A model generated the notes under the pieces. That model saw only the letters and a list, made by a program, of their open reading frames with translations, was not told the origin of the DNA and did not search any database. The translations under genes and the position numbers were made by a program. A DNA stretch of 60,158 nucleotides, the filler included, from Perkinsus olseni (lineage: Eukaryota), in the NCBI GenBank assembly GCA_013115125.1. It is 2 parts of 2 records of this genome, joined end to end, with 100 filler letters (N's around TTAATTAATTAA, not from the genome) between each part and the next. Parts side by side here need not be neighbours in the genome. Positions count along the whole stretch, not along the records: positions 1 to 30,042 come from JABANN010000427.1; 1 more part is not named here. The stretch is one strand, 5' to 3'. This document shows positions 13,901-26,799 of the stretch, one piece after another (within the stretch, counting starts at the first letter, position 1; each line of letters opens with the position of its first letter).

Positions 13901-14389
13901 CCGGACCTACTGTACATGAGACGCCCCAGGAGCTGATGCTTCGATCGGTGGCAGTTGATTCGCGTCACCAAAAGCCATTCAACCTGGTGTGCTACTAAGC
14001 TGTGGCTGGCCTCAGTGAGCGGACCATTGTGGACTCGGTTAGAGATTACATACATTATAGTTCAGTGATCCTCATACTAAGGCCACCCCCAGCGAGGGCT
14101 CACCATGGCAGCAGCTAGACATGCTCCTGTAGGGTCGGCGCCCGTCCTCTCTTCGGACCGCAAGGCCGACGTCAGCTCCATAGCCATCTAAGTGGATACC
14201 AACCATACCACCTCAGTGAAGCCAGCCCGCCATCACTTCGTCGGTCAGCTTCCTGGCCTTTATCGCTTCAACGTACGCTGCGAACCCCGGGCCCTCCGCT
14301 GTACTCGAGGACGCCAACCTCCGTAGGGAGACCATCGGTGAGCCTACCGCCCGGATTCTCCCTCCCTGCCGTATCAACATGACAACCAT
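10969..14389 (-). CDS. Intron-rich, probably mitochondrion-targeted helical-repeat protein (ends approximate)
   Basis: Arg/Ser-rich N-terminus (MLIRQGGRIRAVGSPMVSLRRLASSS) and many short GT-AG-bounded exons with amphipathic helical segments (FTVDDVRTLLRSLLAY, SLGDLCRAWAALG, LSSLWKLLYARAW). Putative final exon ends ...AGASHK* at 10969. Confidence 0.5.
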
Positions 14390-14849
14390 TAGACTATGTC
14401 GAATCTTCCGATCCGTATTGAACATGCTCAACCCAAGTCAAGTCGTGAAAGAAACTGAGATCTTCACTATCACGCTCATATTGAGTAGAGGCCGAAAAAA
14501 CGATACATCAATGATCGATCGTCCTTCGCTCCACCAACTCCTATAATTTCGCCGCCACGGCCAGGGGCGTCCCATATCACTATGGTACGACGCTTGCCGG
14601 GGCGATCATCCCGGTACGGGTGGAAACAATATAAATACAACAGAGTGTCATTAGTTTTATCAAGAAGCAATAAGGCGTATATCCACCAGTAAAATCTTGC
14701 ATTCTTGAACTCACTAGAGATTCCTCAAATCCCGAGCAAGGTACGCTCAATCGATCAGATTCGAGAGCTCGTCTATGCTCATTATGGTTGAGGTTAAAAA
14801 GCCGATATTGTAATGGTATTGCCCTCGTGCTCACTCCCGCTACTACTGC

Positions 14850-16090
14850 GGCCTCGATTCAATCTGGGCGATTCTCGCGGGGACTGAATATAGAGGACAC
14901 CGCGTCTCCTCGATCCATCCCGACAGAACGATAGCTGCTGACGAGCCAACACCACCCTAGGAAACTAACGATGATATTAACGATCATTACGACAACAGCA
15001 CAGCGAAGTCGATTGGCAGTGACAAGCACCCCCGAGTATACGAAATCGAGCCGTCACATGCAAACGACTTCGATGCCACTTCCCTCTACCAGAGTACTAC
15101 CGGATCGGACCTCCGCCGACTTCTTCTCCTCCTCCTGCTGTCGGCACTTTCAAGCAGTGGGTTACGGAAGGGTTCCTCGGTGGAACCATCAGATGAGGAC
15201 ACCACCGTCGGACAATAGTCGCTCATCTCCGAGGATGTCATCTCCCGCAATTCGTGAATAGGAGTCAAAGGAGTGGTATTATAATGCAACCTACACAAGC
15301 TGTCCTCCTCCCAACTCCTCGGAAAATATTGATCTTACCGCCTACTATGACGACCAAACAACTGCCGTTGTTGCTGGTTGCTACGGTACACCACTCCGCC
15401 GTGAAGTGGGGGCCTTCTACACCGGTTACCATTGATCGTAGCACTGGTAGATGTCGCCCGACTTGACAACGACGCCGGGCTGCCGCTGAGTGCACTCTTA
15501 TCGCTACAGTGGGAGCCCACAGGAGAGAAGCAAAAACAGCAGGATGGGCGGCAGCAGCCCACCGTCTTGGATGATGGGTAATTATGTACCCTATGGAATA
15601 TCAATTTTTTGGGACGGCCTACAATCGACCTAAGATTCCTAAAGATACGCCAGCAGCAGCAGTGTAGTACCTGAGTAAAGTGACTTGTCATCCTCGCTGT
15701 TCTCTCCGTGACAGTCCACGCAAACCAGACTTGCAGCACAGCCCATGATCGGAGACTTCAACTCACCACCGCAGGGCAATCAAACGGAACAGACCAAACA
15801 AACCTGCGAACCTTTCCAAACTCACTTGGTCGAGAGGACCGCCTCCCAACGCCGGTTCAATTCTCACACTTGTCGGATCCATCCACGACAAAGCCGCCCT
15901 TACCCGCCCCCCCCCCCACTGAAATGGTGGCGCGTCGAACCAGATGCATTGGACACAACTCTCGGAGACTCCAGGGGAAATGCTGTACTCACTCGGTCCA
16001 CCACTACAGCGGCAACAACGGCGAAGACGGATGGGTCGCCTCCCATCCATCATGCTATTGCCCTGCTGATGGAAGCCCATTGCTAGAACG
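14850..16090 (+). pseudogene. Possible decayed endonuclease/exonuclease/phosphatase (EEP, CCR4/nocturnin-like) sequence
   Basis: Ordered motif remnants in different frames: WAILA (~14866), DFFS..GY (~15118-15170), LLVATVH (~15368), MIGDFNS (15745) and a terminal HHAIAL. No continuous ORF. Confidence 0.3.
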
Positions 16091-17767
16091 ATGAGAATGA
16101 TCAGCAGTCTACGCCGTCATCTATCTTACAACACACCCGCACTAGCACAATCGGGAGCCTTCACCTCCTCCTCCTCCTCCTTGCAGGACTCCGACCAGAC
16201 TGCTAGGCTAATATATCATCATTAGAGTTCAGTATTATTGCGATGGTTGTTGCTGAAGCACTTCTCGACCGCTTGGCCGAATGAGAGCAAGCCAGTAAGT
16301 CGCAGGGAACGCCACCGCTGACGAGGATGATGATCACCATCATTACAAAATAGCCCTTCAAGGGGTGTAGTGGAGGGAATGGGTAGTAGTAGTAGCGGCA
16401 CATGCTTATATACAACAGTAGTTAACGGATAGATTTCAAAAGTGATGATGAAGGGGGAGATGCTTGTATTATACGAATGATTACGACGACGAAGGGACTC
16501 AAAAAAAGAAAATGTGACGACGAATACTGTATGATGAAGGGGAAAGGATGGACGATGCCTGTAACGGCGGTATCTCAGAAAGGCGACAGGCAGTAGGCCT
16601 GTCGTGGTAGTAGTAGTAGTAGTACGAGCATTATACATGCTGCGAGTATGGGATAGGTTAGATGAGCATACTTGTAGTAGTGAAGCAAGTAGCAGCAGCA
16701 GAGACAGGAGCAGCGGCTAGGGGCCGCAGACTTCCCTGTACACCGTTTCAATATACGGAAGAAAAGGACGCTCTTATCAACGAGATACAGTCGAGGAGTT
16801 CCACACCAAGATTCAAAGTACAGTGACTCCTGGTGGTGACAACCAGGCGTGATCCGTATCGAACCAAAGAAAATGAGACTAGGGGACCATACGGATAGCC
16901 GCCGACGACGACGCTGTTACTCGCAGGAGAAAAAGGAGGATTACTACAAGTTGTAGTCTACCGCCCTATCGAATAGCTGTTGTTGTGGTTGAAATACGAA
17001 GGGCGATAGTTGAGGCAAGAATGTCACAAGAAAAATCATGAGCTGCTGCCGCTGCTCTACTTGGAGCTCACTTGCATGCACGCGCGTACCTGTCTTACCA
17101 CATTTGGCGATGAAGGACAATGAGAACCCCGTACTACCATGCATCGTCGAACCATCATACGGATGTCCGATTCGTCTACGAGACTGAGGGAAAGAGAAAA
17201 TATTTAGATATTCAGTCATACCGTAACATTACCAATCATCATCACAGATACCGGCGTGACGAGTCCGGATGTCCGGCATGACGACTGGGCTGGTCTCGGG
17301 GACGGTCGGTAGTCTGATGCCACCCACACTAGAGGCACTGCTGCTACGCCCACCGACATAGCGGTAGGAAGGGCGATGGGCTACACGCGGACGGCGAGAA
17401 GGTGAACTGAGGCGTGAGAACGGCTTTACGATAGCGAGCGAGAGAACGTACTGCTGGTCCCGATCGTCAGCTGCTTGTACGGTGGTGTTGGAGGGGAATC
17501 TCATATTCATTACAAACGAGCGAAATATCCTGAGGAGTCCAGATGGAAGAAGACAGCGTGTACGAATGAAAGATGCGAAAGGGAGCCTCAAGTAAACACA
17601 GACCTCATCACTGTCTGGGCCCCCTCGAAAGCTTACTCGGTAGGGTAAGGGCTTGGATATGATAAGATATTGGCGTTCTAGTGACGATGTGATCCGGCAT
17701 ATCTCAAGGCTAGAGAAATGTGTAGTCTTCCTAACGGAACTGCGCCGCATGGCAGAGAAATGGGGTA

Positions 17768-17840
17768 AGCCTGGTCCCGGATTTGAACCTGGATCTCAGG
17801 AAGAACAGCATAACTTCATAACCAGTTACACTAAAAATAC
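17768..17840 (-). pseudogene. tRNA-derived fragment (Pol III A/B boxes); tRNA pseudogene or SINE head
   Basis: On the minus strand, A-box-like TAGTGTAACTGG (17833-17822) and B-box GGTTCAAATCC (17789-17779) sit at canonical tRNA spacing. The T-arm CCAGG/CCGGG has one mismatch and the acceptor stem does not pair. Confidence 0.5.
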
Positions 17841-18595
17841 GACAATGAAACGATCTCTGAGCCGGCTGCTGGGGTAGCATGTAACAAGAGTAGAATCAAA
17901 TCGGATATATTCGTCAACGTAGAAACAACCCTGGGGATTTGTCAGCTGGAGACTTCCCGCGCTACCGACCGTGGGGGGGCGGCCTGTGGCTGCAAGAGAC
18001 TCCTGCTCATCAGTGTCGTCCGTGGATCCGAAGATCCGGGTCTGTGGTCCTGTAGATGAGAAACTCAGGGCCGTTGACGCGAGATAAGGGACTAGCTAGA
18101 AGCTTAGAGCAAATGGCCTGGTCTGCAACACGTTCCTACGCCACAGTGGACTTCGACTTCGCGACGGGCAATCCTCAAACAGCTCCTCTGGTGTGTGGGA
18201 GTTTGTAGTCCGACGCCCGTCCCGGCTCAGTTCGACTGTAACTGACGTGCTCATACTTCGGGGCCTTTTCGAACTTTATTATCGAGCCTATGATGACTCC
18301 GTTCGTATGCGGGGACCGCTAGTTTTTGGGTTTAGCTAACGTCATAGTAGTCTGCAAGTATGCGCACTCGCATCTTTCGCGAACGCCGTCAGACGAAGTC
18401 CAATGAATAAAACGACTATGAAAGCTTTACTCATCTGCACACACCGTCGGTGTGACACCGATAGTTATTATGAAATGGTTGTCGGAAGGCCTCCTTCAGG
18501 AAGTCCATTCGAGCTGACCAATTACCTTGCGGATTCGTTAGAGTCATTCTGGAGTAGCATCGCTCATCTCCCCCTCCCTTAGCTGCCCATTTACA

Positions 18596-19663
18596 ATGCT
18601 TCCTGTCTCGCGTCGCCTCCTCCCCGTCACTGGTGCTCTCTTCAGAGCGGCTGCAGCTACCCCGAGGTTCCATTTCAGCTCGACACCGAGCTTCGTGGCA
18701 AATCCCACACTAGCTCGATGCAGGACTTTCGCTACCACTTCGACTACAGAAGGCAGTGACCCGGTACAGACCTCGCCTGCTCGTCCTCCGACGCTTGAAA
18801 AAAAACCAAGTAGATTTGTTATCTCTTATTTGCTCAGGATTTCGCTCCCAAGTCGAAGGTTGAGCCGACGGAAGACGTAAGCCCTTCCTTCCGGCCTGCC
18901 CTGTCCAGACGCGCATCTCTGTAGGTCCAGGACAAGATCAACAAACTCGTCCATGACAATCGTGTTGTGCTCTTCATGAAGGGCTCCCCAGCAGCGCCCA
19001 AGTGTGGCTTCTCCAAGGCAGTGGTACTAATGATGCTGCTGTTCCTCCTCCTCTCGGGTCATTCTCATTCCTCCTCAGTGCGCCGTCCTCAGCGCTGAAG
19101 GCCTCAACGATTTCACCTATGTCGATGTTTTGAAGTCGGACGCCGTGAGGGAAGGTATTACCACTACGCATTTCTCGTTCGGTATCTTGTGGTTTCTTCC
19201 TAACGAGTACCGTACTTTCAACACATCGTGATGTGGTACTCACCAAAGCATGCAGCACAAGCGTCTTGGATAGGGACGATGGTCACGTTGCGGTCTCGGA
19301 CCTCTGTTGTAGTTTTGTTATTATTTGAGCCGTCTTCACAGGTATTAAGAAGTACTCGGATTGGCCCACTATCCCCCAACTGTATGTCGATGGTGAATTC
19401 TTAGGAGGCTACGACATAATAGTAATAATAATACCATCGGTTAAGTGATGCCGTTTCGTAATAATACCATTGGTTAAGTGATGTCGTCCAGTATGAATTG
19501 ATCCCTACCGCGGTCGTATTCAAAACAACTTTGCACTCGAGAGTATACACTGAGATTTTTCACTATCACCCTCATCATGCTGTTTCAGTCCTCCATGTAC
19601 CGTGAAGGGGAGTTGAAAGAGATGATTGCTGATAAGGGCCTAAAGGGCTCCAAGGAGGAGTAA
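18596..19663 (+). CDS. GRX5: Mitochondrial monothiol (CGFS) glutaredoxin, multi-exon
   Basis: Transit-peptide-like N-terminus ([10 protein letters not shown]...RCRTFA). Spliced motifs are [66 protein letters not shown] and [11 protein letters not shown]. Stop TAA at 19661-19663. Confidence 0.95.
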
Positions 19664-19903
19664 ACACCAGCAGACACTCGTTCTAATTTATTCGTAGTTT
19701 CGCCTAATGTTCTCGCTTGTGTTTCACTCATCTCCAATACCAACTTTTTCAACGCAAAAACTTCATGGAAATCTTTCACACGGTAAATGTAGCACATAGT
19801 AATCGAATAATGAGCAAATGGTGATATCAACTTTGAGAATATCAGAACGCTGCGGAATACCTACAGGGATGACGGGCCTAGTAGTGGTGGAAATATTGGG
19901 GTA

Positions 19904-21554
19904 TTACCAAGTTCGCGTCTTGAGGAATATCCACAGCCATGGCAGCAGACCCGCCACTAGAAGTATCACCGTGATGGCCGAGAACGAACGGGAGTAGAGG
20001 TGGTCTGGGGTGTAGAAAACACTCATCGTAGCGGAGGATATCAGAAGGGCACCTGGGAGGAGGTCTGTCACCATCGGGAGGGGGCAGGGCTTACCAACTA
20101 GTAGTGTTCCTCGCATAGAGGAGTACACCAAGGGCAGATGATGGTCCCCGAAGAGGTCTACGCATAAGGGTGGAGTGAGGGCCCACATACCGCCGAAACA
20201 GAACCCAATCATTGGCCCGCAGATGAAAAGGTTCCTTACGGTGGTCGACTTCGATAGTAACTGAGGGGAGGCTAACAGAAAATGTCTGGGGAGTGGATAC
20301 TACCGTGAAGGCCGTGGCCATGGTGATGATGAGAATGATCACGTAGCCGGGTCTGGGCAAGAGTCGCGACCTATCAGCGACCCATCCGGTGAGAACTCTG
20401 GAGGCAGCGCTGGTGGCGGTCACGACCGTTAGAAGCGCTCCCACTATGCGGCTTCTATCGGGGATATCAGAGGGGATGAGTTGGGCTTGATTATTGATGA
20501 AGGCCAGCCCACCACCAAAGGCAGCCGATAGGCCGACGAACGCCGCCCAGAAGAGGGCACTCTTGAGCGGAGCGGTGCCGATGTAGTAGTAGCAGTTGCT
20601 GGTCCTCGCTGCCGGGGAGATCGAGGTGTACTCAGTGGGGCTGAGATGACGCTCCGCACGGACTGGGAGAGCCACCATGAGCGCGAATAGTGATACCACC
20701 ATCAGCAGGCTCAGCCACTTGGGCACTCCGAGGAAGAAGTCAACTATCTGTAGAAGGGCCAAGGTGAGTCCAAGAATATTGGCCTGGCTGAAGATGTGGT
20801 CGCAGACAGCCGCGCTTGGGCATGGGGTTGGGTCGAAGGCAACAAGGAGGCTGGCGAGGGGGATGATGAGAAGGACCATGAATACCACCAGCAGCAGGAA
20901 GGTCAGAGGGCTGCCCTCGGCGTCGTGCAAAGTGGTGAAGAGCAAGGTTACGGTAGGGGCGGCGAGGCCGAAGATACACTTAGTGATGCCAGTGACCTGT
21001 CCCTTAGCAGAGGGATAGTTGGTAGTGTTGGCGGTGACTCCGATACAGTCCAGCCAACCCGAGCCATGCCCCATAATGAAAGCCAGTACGTAGGCTACAG
21101 TCACAAGGCCAAGGTCCCCAAGGAGGCTCTGGACTGACTCGAAAGTTGAGATCGTATACATCCCAACGTACCTGAATCGGCCTTGGAGACCCTAGTTCCT
21201 TGTCGTCCAGCCTGTTCCTTACCCTACAGTGATCAGCCCACCAGCGGCTAGTATGGCGGTCCTGAGCCCCAGCTTGGTGATACAGAGCCCCGCCGGAGCC
21301 ACCAGTCCCCCACCAACATTGAGGAGGGCGGGCACCTACTACCGTAAGGTAAATGCCGGACGTATCGTTGTTGATCATGAACTCACCAGCGTGAGTTGAG
21401 ACCGACTCATCCCTAGTGCGGTCATCAAAGCGTCGCTATATAGAGGAAAGCAGTACCCCACCCCAGCCAGGAGGACTAGGATGAAGCTCATGCTCAGAGA
21501 CTTCCATCGAGACGATCTTGGTATGAGTACTGAGTATGAGTACTCATCCACCAT
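19904..21554 (-). CDS. MFS transporter, nodulin-like/MCH1-like family
   Basis: About 12 hydrophobic segments with family motifs GVGYCFPLYSDALMTALGMSRSQL, NYPSAKGQVTGITKCIFGL, GGLAFINNQAQL, SRVLTGWVAD and GFCFGGMWAL..DLFG. Few short introns. Confidence 0.88.
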
Positions 21555-21717
21555 CAGGGTGATAAAAAACTTCGCTCCGCTCAGAGTTTCTCTTTTTCCC
21601 CAGCTATTCACTTGGTAGTTTTCAACTAAACAGCTCAAATGAATAGCCGATTGAAACGCTAGGCAAATAGGGACACTCCGCAGTTGTAGTGATGCTGAGC
21701 ACGAGGACGAACAACCT

Positions 21718-24700
21718 TTACAACAGATCCGGCCCAGCCGAGGCAGCGTCCTGACCAACACACCGCAATCGACGACGACGCAAAAACAGGGAGGTGGTGG
21801 GCTTACTGATGATGGCTCGTGATGGTACTCATGATGCTCCGACTCGACAAGAATGCCGTCCTGAGGATGAAATGGGACACAGAGACGGGAGGGCGAAGTG
21901 GCTTACCGTCCCTGGCGAGGACACACTTTCTGAGTCGGGAGCAGCAGCAACAACAGCAGGAGATGTAGGAGACTCCTGAAGAAATCCAGGATGCAGGGGT
22001 AGAACCAGGGACCTTTGGATTATGAAAGCATTCGTACCTCCCGCACAGGTGTATCGACAACTGGGGCAGGAGTGGCCTCACGCTCCGAAGGTGAACTGTC
22101 GTTCACAGGCAGCAAGCTGGATGGTGCTAAGGATCCAGTCCTGACACACGGTGAGGATCCCAAGGTCGATCTGGGCAAGATACGAAACAGCTCAGGATGG
22201 TAACTACCAGCCCATCTTAGCATAGAGACCGTCTGCACTCTGTGACATCTCTGCCGCGACATCGACATCTAGTAAGTTCTTCTCCTCCTGATAACGGGTC
22301 GCAGGCACAGCAGCGATGTCTGCCTTGGACCCCTCCCTAACACATGACGCATCACTCCCAACCAAGTCCCTCAGTCGTCTACCTCTTCCTCTCAGCCGCC
22401 AAGGTGCTGCTCATCTCAGCGAAGAGCTTATTTCGATAACTCTCGTTACGAGGGTCGGCAAGGCTAGATGCCAGCTGAACAACAATGCCTTGGAATATAC
22501 ACTCGCTCAGATTCGAACCCACGCCCTCTCGATACATAACCACACGAACTACCACTCCGGTACTGATGCCTACCTGTGTATTCACGCTGGTAAGATCCTC
22601 TCGCCAGCTCTTGAACAGGTCGCTATCCTTGTCAACCAATTTCGAGGGGCAGTACCTAGTCAACACGAGAATACAGTACTAAGCCCGAAGGCCCAGATCA
22701 GCCCCGTCCAGTATTACGTTCTGGCGAAAAAGACCGCCTCTGGCAGCCGATGAGAGTCCACAAGGATATCCACACAACCCTCAGCATCACCAAGCAGCAA
22801 AGAGGCAGAGAAGGCGACGTTCCACATCTCTGAAACCACAAAAAATGACATCCTCCATCACTTCGCTCCGCTAATATATGTTACCCTTCTCTCTGGCCAT
22901 CGACGCTACCTTCTCCAGCAAAGATCGGTCAGCCGTGGCTTGGGCGATAAGCATAAGACCAGCGACATCACAGCCTTGCGAGTAGCAGGTGGTCGCCAAG
23001 TTGATATCACCCTAAGACACTGAGTGATGGGGACACGTCATACGCTCAAAGCAACTCCAGACTACAGTAAGGATGACCCCAGTCACTTTAATAAACATGC
23101 GTTCAGAAAGGAGTGGTATCGATAATAAGCAAGTACGAACGGAGGTAGTAGTACTTGCTTCAAGGCCTGGTCGCCGACCTGCTTCCACTTGGAGTAATTA
23201 ATACTCCTATCAGCACCAGCTGGCAACTGGGCAGTGAGCTCACCCACTATTTCTCCAGCCAGCTGCAAGTCGCCAAGATTGAGTGCCAAGTCCAACCTGC
23301 CAGTCCATATCATCACTCCAGGCCGAGACGATAGACCGCCCTACTTGTGATCCTTGTCCGTGGTGATCTCAAGCGCTTCTCTGACATGACCCTGACCCTC
23401 GAGAAAGCGGGCCACCTTGTTGTGAAGGGACTCGGGGATGGCTGAAGAGAGTGACCACGGGGATAACTGGTAAGGTCGTTACTCGACTCACCTGCGAAGC
23501 ATTGCTCCGCGGCTGCGAAGTCCTGTCTGACAACAGCACTCTCGTATTGGATCAACGCCAAGCTCAACCTGAATGACGACGGTGTCGATCTCTCTCAGGA
23601 TTAACCAAAGGAGTGGTATGAAAACTTGCTCACATGTAGACTATACCTACCCGTAAGAGATGACATTATAGTCCCTGTCCATGCAGTAGACCTTGCCATG
23701 TTCCGGCATATACCCCAACACATACAAAGGCCTGATGACCATCACACCCTCTCTCTCCAAACCTCTTCCCAGGCGATCCCCTCACCTGTCAGTGTGGGCG
23801 ATGACCTCAGTCTGGCCAGCGATCAGACAGCATAGCTTCTGGTTGGACGATATGTAGACGAAGGAGTCATCGCCACACCAGGTACCCGACATAACCTTCT
23901 CGTTAGGTAACTAATGATTCCACAATCATCGTCAGCTGTCGTCCGGCCACCGACCTCGTAGGTGGGGTCGAAGGCTATCTCCAGGCCCTCATCATCTAGG
24001 TCAGCCCCTCCCGCTATCGCTGCTACCACTGAATCCTTGTCATAGCGCAGTACCTGAGCGAATCGGAATCACGTCCACGAGGGTGATGAAGGCGATTACG
24101 AAAGCTCCGTCCTCCTCAGTAGCCAAAACGACGAAGTCACCGGAGTCGCTCCAGATGACAGCGGTAGGCACGACGTCAATTCTTCTGATGAGTCTACTGC
24201 TGCTCCAATCATAGAAGCATACGAAGTCAGAGGTCTTCACACAGAGCAAATAACCTGCAGTAAAACAACACCTGCCGGAGTCGAACCCGAGACCTCCATC
24301 ATGTTACCTCCGAAGATCTCATCAACAGGGAATGGAGGCTTGAACGAGGTCTCCTCGACGAAGTCTTTGTAGATAGTAATTCTTCCCGAGGCCTCTCGAG
24401 CGGCGTAATAAGTGCCCGACGCCGCACCGCTGGCTGCCCACACAAACTCGCAGCCACTGCCAAACGCCTTGTTCCGCAGCGCCTGACCAAGCCACCATTC
24501 AAAAGGACGTGATCAGTTACACTACGGCATACCTGCGCGGTGAAGACGATCCACTCATCATCACCACAGACAGCGAACAGCCTGCCATTGGGGTGATGGC
24601 AGATGGTCTGTGGAAAGACCTCAGTGGAACCCATGTCTTTAACCGACAGCGGGACCATCTCGCCATCTCCCAGAGTATCTGCACAAGGCCGTCCCGGCTC

Positions 24701-26221
24701 TACCTCAGAGCAACATGCCAGTACCAAGAACATGATCATCAACTTGACGAAGGTTGGCGGTCTGTATCTCGTTCCCTCTAGCCCATACAATCTTGCCTCC
24801 AGCATGCATGGATACTACCGGTTCTTCCGAGCCCAGCTGTATCACCATAGTACCTGCCAGAACCCCCATCCGGACCCCACTGGAGCTCACCATTATTACC
24901 TTCGTCGAACCCAAGAGCAACATCATTAGTGCCCGGGAGACAGGCGATGCTCCAAAGCCTCTCCAGCAGGTAGTTGAGTGTCGTCTCCAGACGGTACCTG
25001 CCACACGAGCACCTCCCGACCGAGGACTCAGGCCACGGCTTACGTGGTGGCGTGCCAGATTCTGCAAGTACCATCCTCGCTGCCTGAGAGAATGACCGGC
25101 AGAGTCGGGTGGAAGAGAACCGACGAGATATTGGCAGTGTGACCGCTCAAGACCTGAAGATGCGATGATGATCAGCAGCCATCAATCACACTGCAAGGCC
25201 CACCTGGAGGCATTGCCTCGTCTGATAGTCCCAAACACGAACGGTCTTATCGTCGCCACCGGACACCAAATACCTGATGCACAGAAGACCGGTTACCCCC
25301 CAACTCATCGCGAATCCGCCTAGTGGCCGGGGATCGGTTTCATTACGGTTTATCCTTGGAAGGACTGTACTCGATGCAGTTGACTCCTCTCGTATGTCCA
25401 GTCAAAGAGAAATGTGGTGTAGTAGAGCCACTAGTGACACCCCATACCTAATACCACAACAACGTAAACTCACACAACAATCCACCATGATACTACCTTA
25501 ATGGACCGATCCAAACTAGCCGAGGCGAAGATATTCATATCCTTTGGATTCCACTGCACCATCATAACATAGTGAGCATGCCCCTGATAGTAACAGTGGA
25601 ATGACGAGCCGCGTTTGGGTTGGAGACTTGACCAACCTCGTAGGTGGCAACACAAGCCCAGTTCTTATCCCAGTCCCACAACTTGATGGTCATATCATCG
25701 GAACAGGAGAGAACATAAGGCAAGGTGGAATGGACGGCTATGTATCGGATGTAGTCACCATGGGCTTCGATAGTCTACAAAGATATCCTCCAATCGCCAG
25801 GAAGAGTCCCATGAGGTAAAAACTAACCTTTATTTTCTCCAGTGTATTCTGGTTGTACACTCGAAGGTTCATATCATCAGAGCCCGCTATTATCCACTGC
25901 TTCCTCGGGATGAACTTGGCACACCGTACCTACATTACCATCAGCCATACCATAAAAACCGCAACTCTCGGATCGATTCCTCACCGGCAAAGGTGCTGAC
26001 ACTTCAACTTGCTTCACCAAGGCCTGAGTCTTGTAGTCCCATATGAAGAGATTGCCAGAGTACATGGCGCTGAGCACCTGACGATGGGGTTCCGCAGAGA
26101 TCTCTGGTCAGCCTTGCCTTAGTAGTACCCAGGGGAGATCAGGACTTGGATGGAAGTCCACCGACTTCACTCGATCCGACCGAGCGTTCATCTTCTTTTT
26201 GATATCCAAACGCAGCGGCAT
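21718..26221 (-). CDS. COPB2: Coatomer subunit beta' (WD40 + alpha-solenoid), many exons
   Basis: N-terminus [25 protein letters not shown], then [53 protein letters not shown] and [11 protein letters not shown] low-complexity tail splices to ...AGPDLL* (TAA 21720-21718). Confidence 0.96.
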
Positions 26222-26799
26222 GACGATAAGGGGTTGATAAAAATGGTCAACCGCCGGCTCAGGACGCGAGAAAAAACTGATGCGATACTTCTGTCACGCA
26301 GTGCTGCTACAAGAACATCAAAAGTAGTGTATGAAAATGCTCTCCTCTCTGCCTTACCCCGGGCCTGCTTGCACCCATGCTGGCTACACTACCCTATGCT
26401 CCCATACACTTGACTGGCCCGAGCGAGGCTGCGTACTGGAGGTGAGGACAACCTCCCACGGCGTCCTTTATACCTCAATCATCATCCTGGTCATATCGTG
26501 TGAATGTGGCACTGTTTTCTCATAGAGGATGGCGAAAAATAATTGATAGAAGAAATTTCCGAAATTATATTTTCATATTTCTATCGACTATTGTTATGTT
26601 TGGCAATGCCGTTGGGTTGAACATCAGATGGAGCATCGAATTGAAAACCAGAAGTTCAATAGTCAGCGCCACAAGAATCTCTATAAACGATTATACACTA
26701 GTGTATTGGGTTGCGGAAATCATGTGATTTCACCGGAATAATTTACACGTTTGTGACGTTTTTACGCACTTCTTACATCGGCGCAGCTTCATATCTCGC

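Noticed and set aside
17229-17750. 173-aa minus-strand ORF
   Set aside because: It has no recognisable motif or splice-supported extension and cannot be distinguished from a chance ORF.
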